A stretch of 64,000 bases of DNA, taken from positions 8,750 through 72,749 of the forward strand of contig JAHPZE010000022.1 of assembly GCA_019058365.1 (NCBI GenBank). The letters are read 5' to 3'. The DNA comes from Promethearchaeota archaeon. Its GTDB lineage: Archaea > Asgardarchaeota > Lokiarchaeia > Sigyniarchaeales > SOKP01. A model generated the notes under the pieces. It made no database searches and had not been told where the DNA came from. It saw nothing but the letters and a program-made list of their open reading frames with translations. How positions within the stretch are numbered: position 1 is the stretch's first letter; each line of letters starts with the position of its first letter. Of the stretch, positions 34,701-35,674 are shown piece by piece. The position numbers and the translations under genes were made by a program.

Positions 34701-35657
34701 CACTCGGGTAAAAAAGATTCCCTTCATGATTTTGTAAGATATCTACGGGATATAGCCCATTCAGGTAATGATGGGCTCATTACTCTGGATCCTGGGATTG
34801 CTCGACATGGAATTGCTGATCCTATCGACATTTTCATTGAATATGATAAGCTTTCAAAGATTTTGCCGGAGATAAGTCAAACCTTTAATTTTTATTACGA
34901 CTCACATAAAGAATTGGGGCATAGCACTAAGAGTCCGAATTATAGGATAGTATATGATCTTTTCTCGGGAGAGTTAAATAAGAAGATTGAAAACACATAT
35001 AATAAGCTCCTAGAAATGTTTTATAAAGTCGACGAGAATGGCAAGCTAACTACTGAGTTAAAAGATGAGCTAAATGTTAAAGAGTTTACAGGAACAGAAT
35101 GGACTTTAAACTTTTACACTGAAACAGATAAAGGTGTTAAGAAGTCGCCGACGCATCTAGGATTATCTCCTACCGGATATTCATTTAATATAAACGATCC
35201 AAAACAAGTTCATAAAGCAATTGTCACCTTACTGTTTTGTACCTTATTGGAAGATCGATGTTTTGGTGTAATCTTTGTTGCCGGAGATGATAAGAATCAA
35301 TTCTTCTATTATGATAAGTACGGGCTTTATTCGGAAGAATATTTTATGGAATCAGAACATGCGAAGAGTGTGAGATTTACAGGTTCCCACTTCTGGAATC
35401 GATATGCACCAAGTTCTTCGTTCACTAAGGCGGAGTACCAGAAGTACATCGACGAGTTAAAGGATAATCCAGATGAATATCTTAGCGTCAAGGATATTAG
35501 GAATTTTCTTGAAATGCAGCCATCTCGTCAGAACGGTGATGCTGACATTAGATATTATATTATGAATAAATTTATTAAATTCTTTTCAGAATTTTACAAT
35601 GCTGATTTCCATAAGATTGGAAACGTATATGATATAATCGAAGATCTTTTTATATAA
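3..35657 (+). CDS. Giant (>=11,884 aa, 5'-truncated) multidomain cell-surface/membrane protein: acidic ectodomain, hydrophobic segments, Ubl-like domain and Lys-rich C-terminal region
   Basis: The ORF track starts at ATG 234, but the frame is stop-free back to base 3 ([33 protein letters not shown]...), so the true start lies upstream of the window. D/E/Y/N/T-rich with many N-x-S/T sequons up to ~29.5 kb. Hydrophobic segments at ~28.4-30.6 kb. Stop TAA at 35655-35657. Confidence 0.93.
   Translation, partial: [11884 protein letters not shown]
12807..13400 (+). repeat. LamG/concanavalin-A-like protein repeat, copy 1
   Basis: YPATYSF...GHNKVL...TTGTVEYWF...[10 protein letters not shown]...[18 protein letters not shown]; aligns by eye with copies 2 and 3. 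Confidence 0.7.
13419..13988 (+). repeat. LamG/concanavalin-A-like protein repeat, copy 2
   Basis: EHKKVL...[10 protein letters not shown]...[11 protein letters not shown]...[18 protein letters not shown]. Confidence 0.7.
16857..17495 (+). repeat. LamG/concanavalin-A-like protein repeat, copy 3
   Basis: YLATYSF...DGHKKVL...STGTIEFWV...[10 protein letters not shown]...[18 protein letters not shown]. Confidence 0.7.
30954..31319 (+). other. Putative ubiquitin/SAMP-like beta-grasp domain inside the giant protein
   Basis: [35 protein letters not shown]...[12 protein letters not shown]...[14 protein letters not shown] parallels ubiquitin ([24 protein letters not shown]...[10 protein letters not shown]...LHLVLRLRGG) and the SAMP/MoaD-type tail (hydrophobic-P-x-x-x-GG). 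Eye alignment only. Confidence 0.5.
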
Positions 35658-35674
35658 TTCTTTCTTTTTTATTC
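35658..35674. terminator. Short T-rich spacer between convergent genes; probable archaeal oligo-T terminator for the giant gene
   Basis: ttctttcttttttattc lies between TAA (35657) and the LRR stop (35675). Confidence 0.4.

Noticed and set aside
28407-35657. Classical Rhs/YD, Hint/intein or MARTX cysteine-protease release module in the giant protein
   Set aside because: I found no PxxxxDPxG Rhs core end, no intein C...HN signatures and no recognisable CPD motifs.
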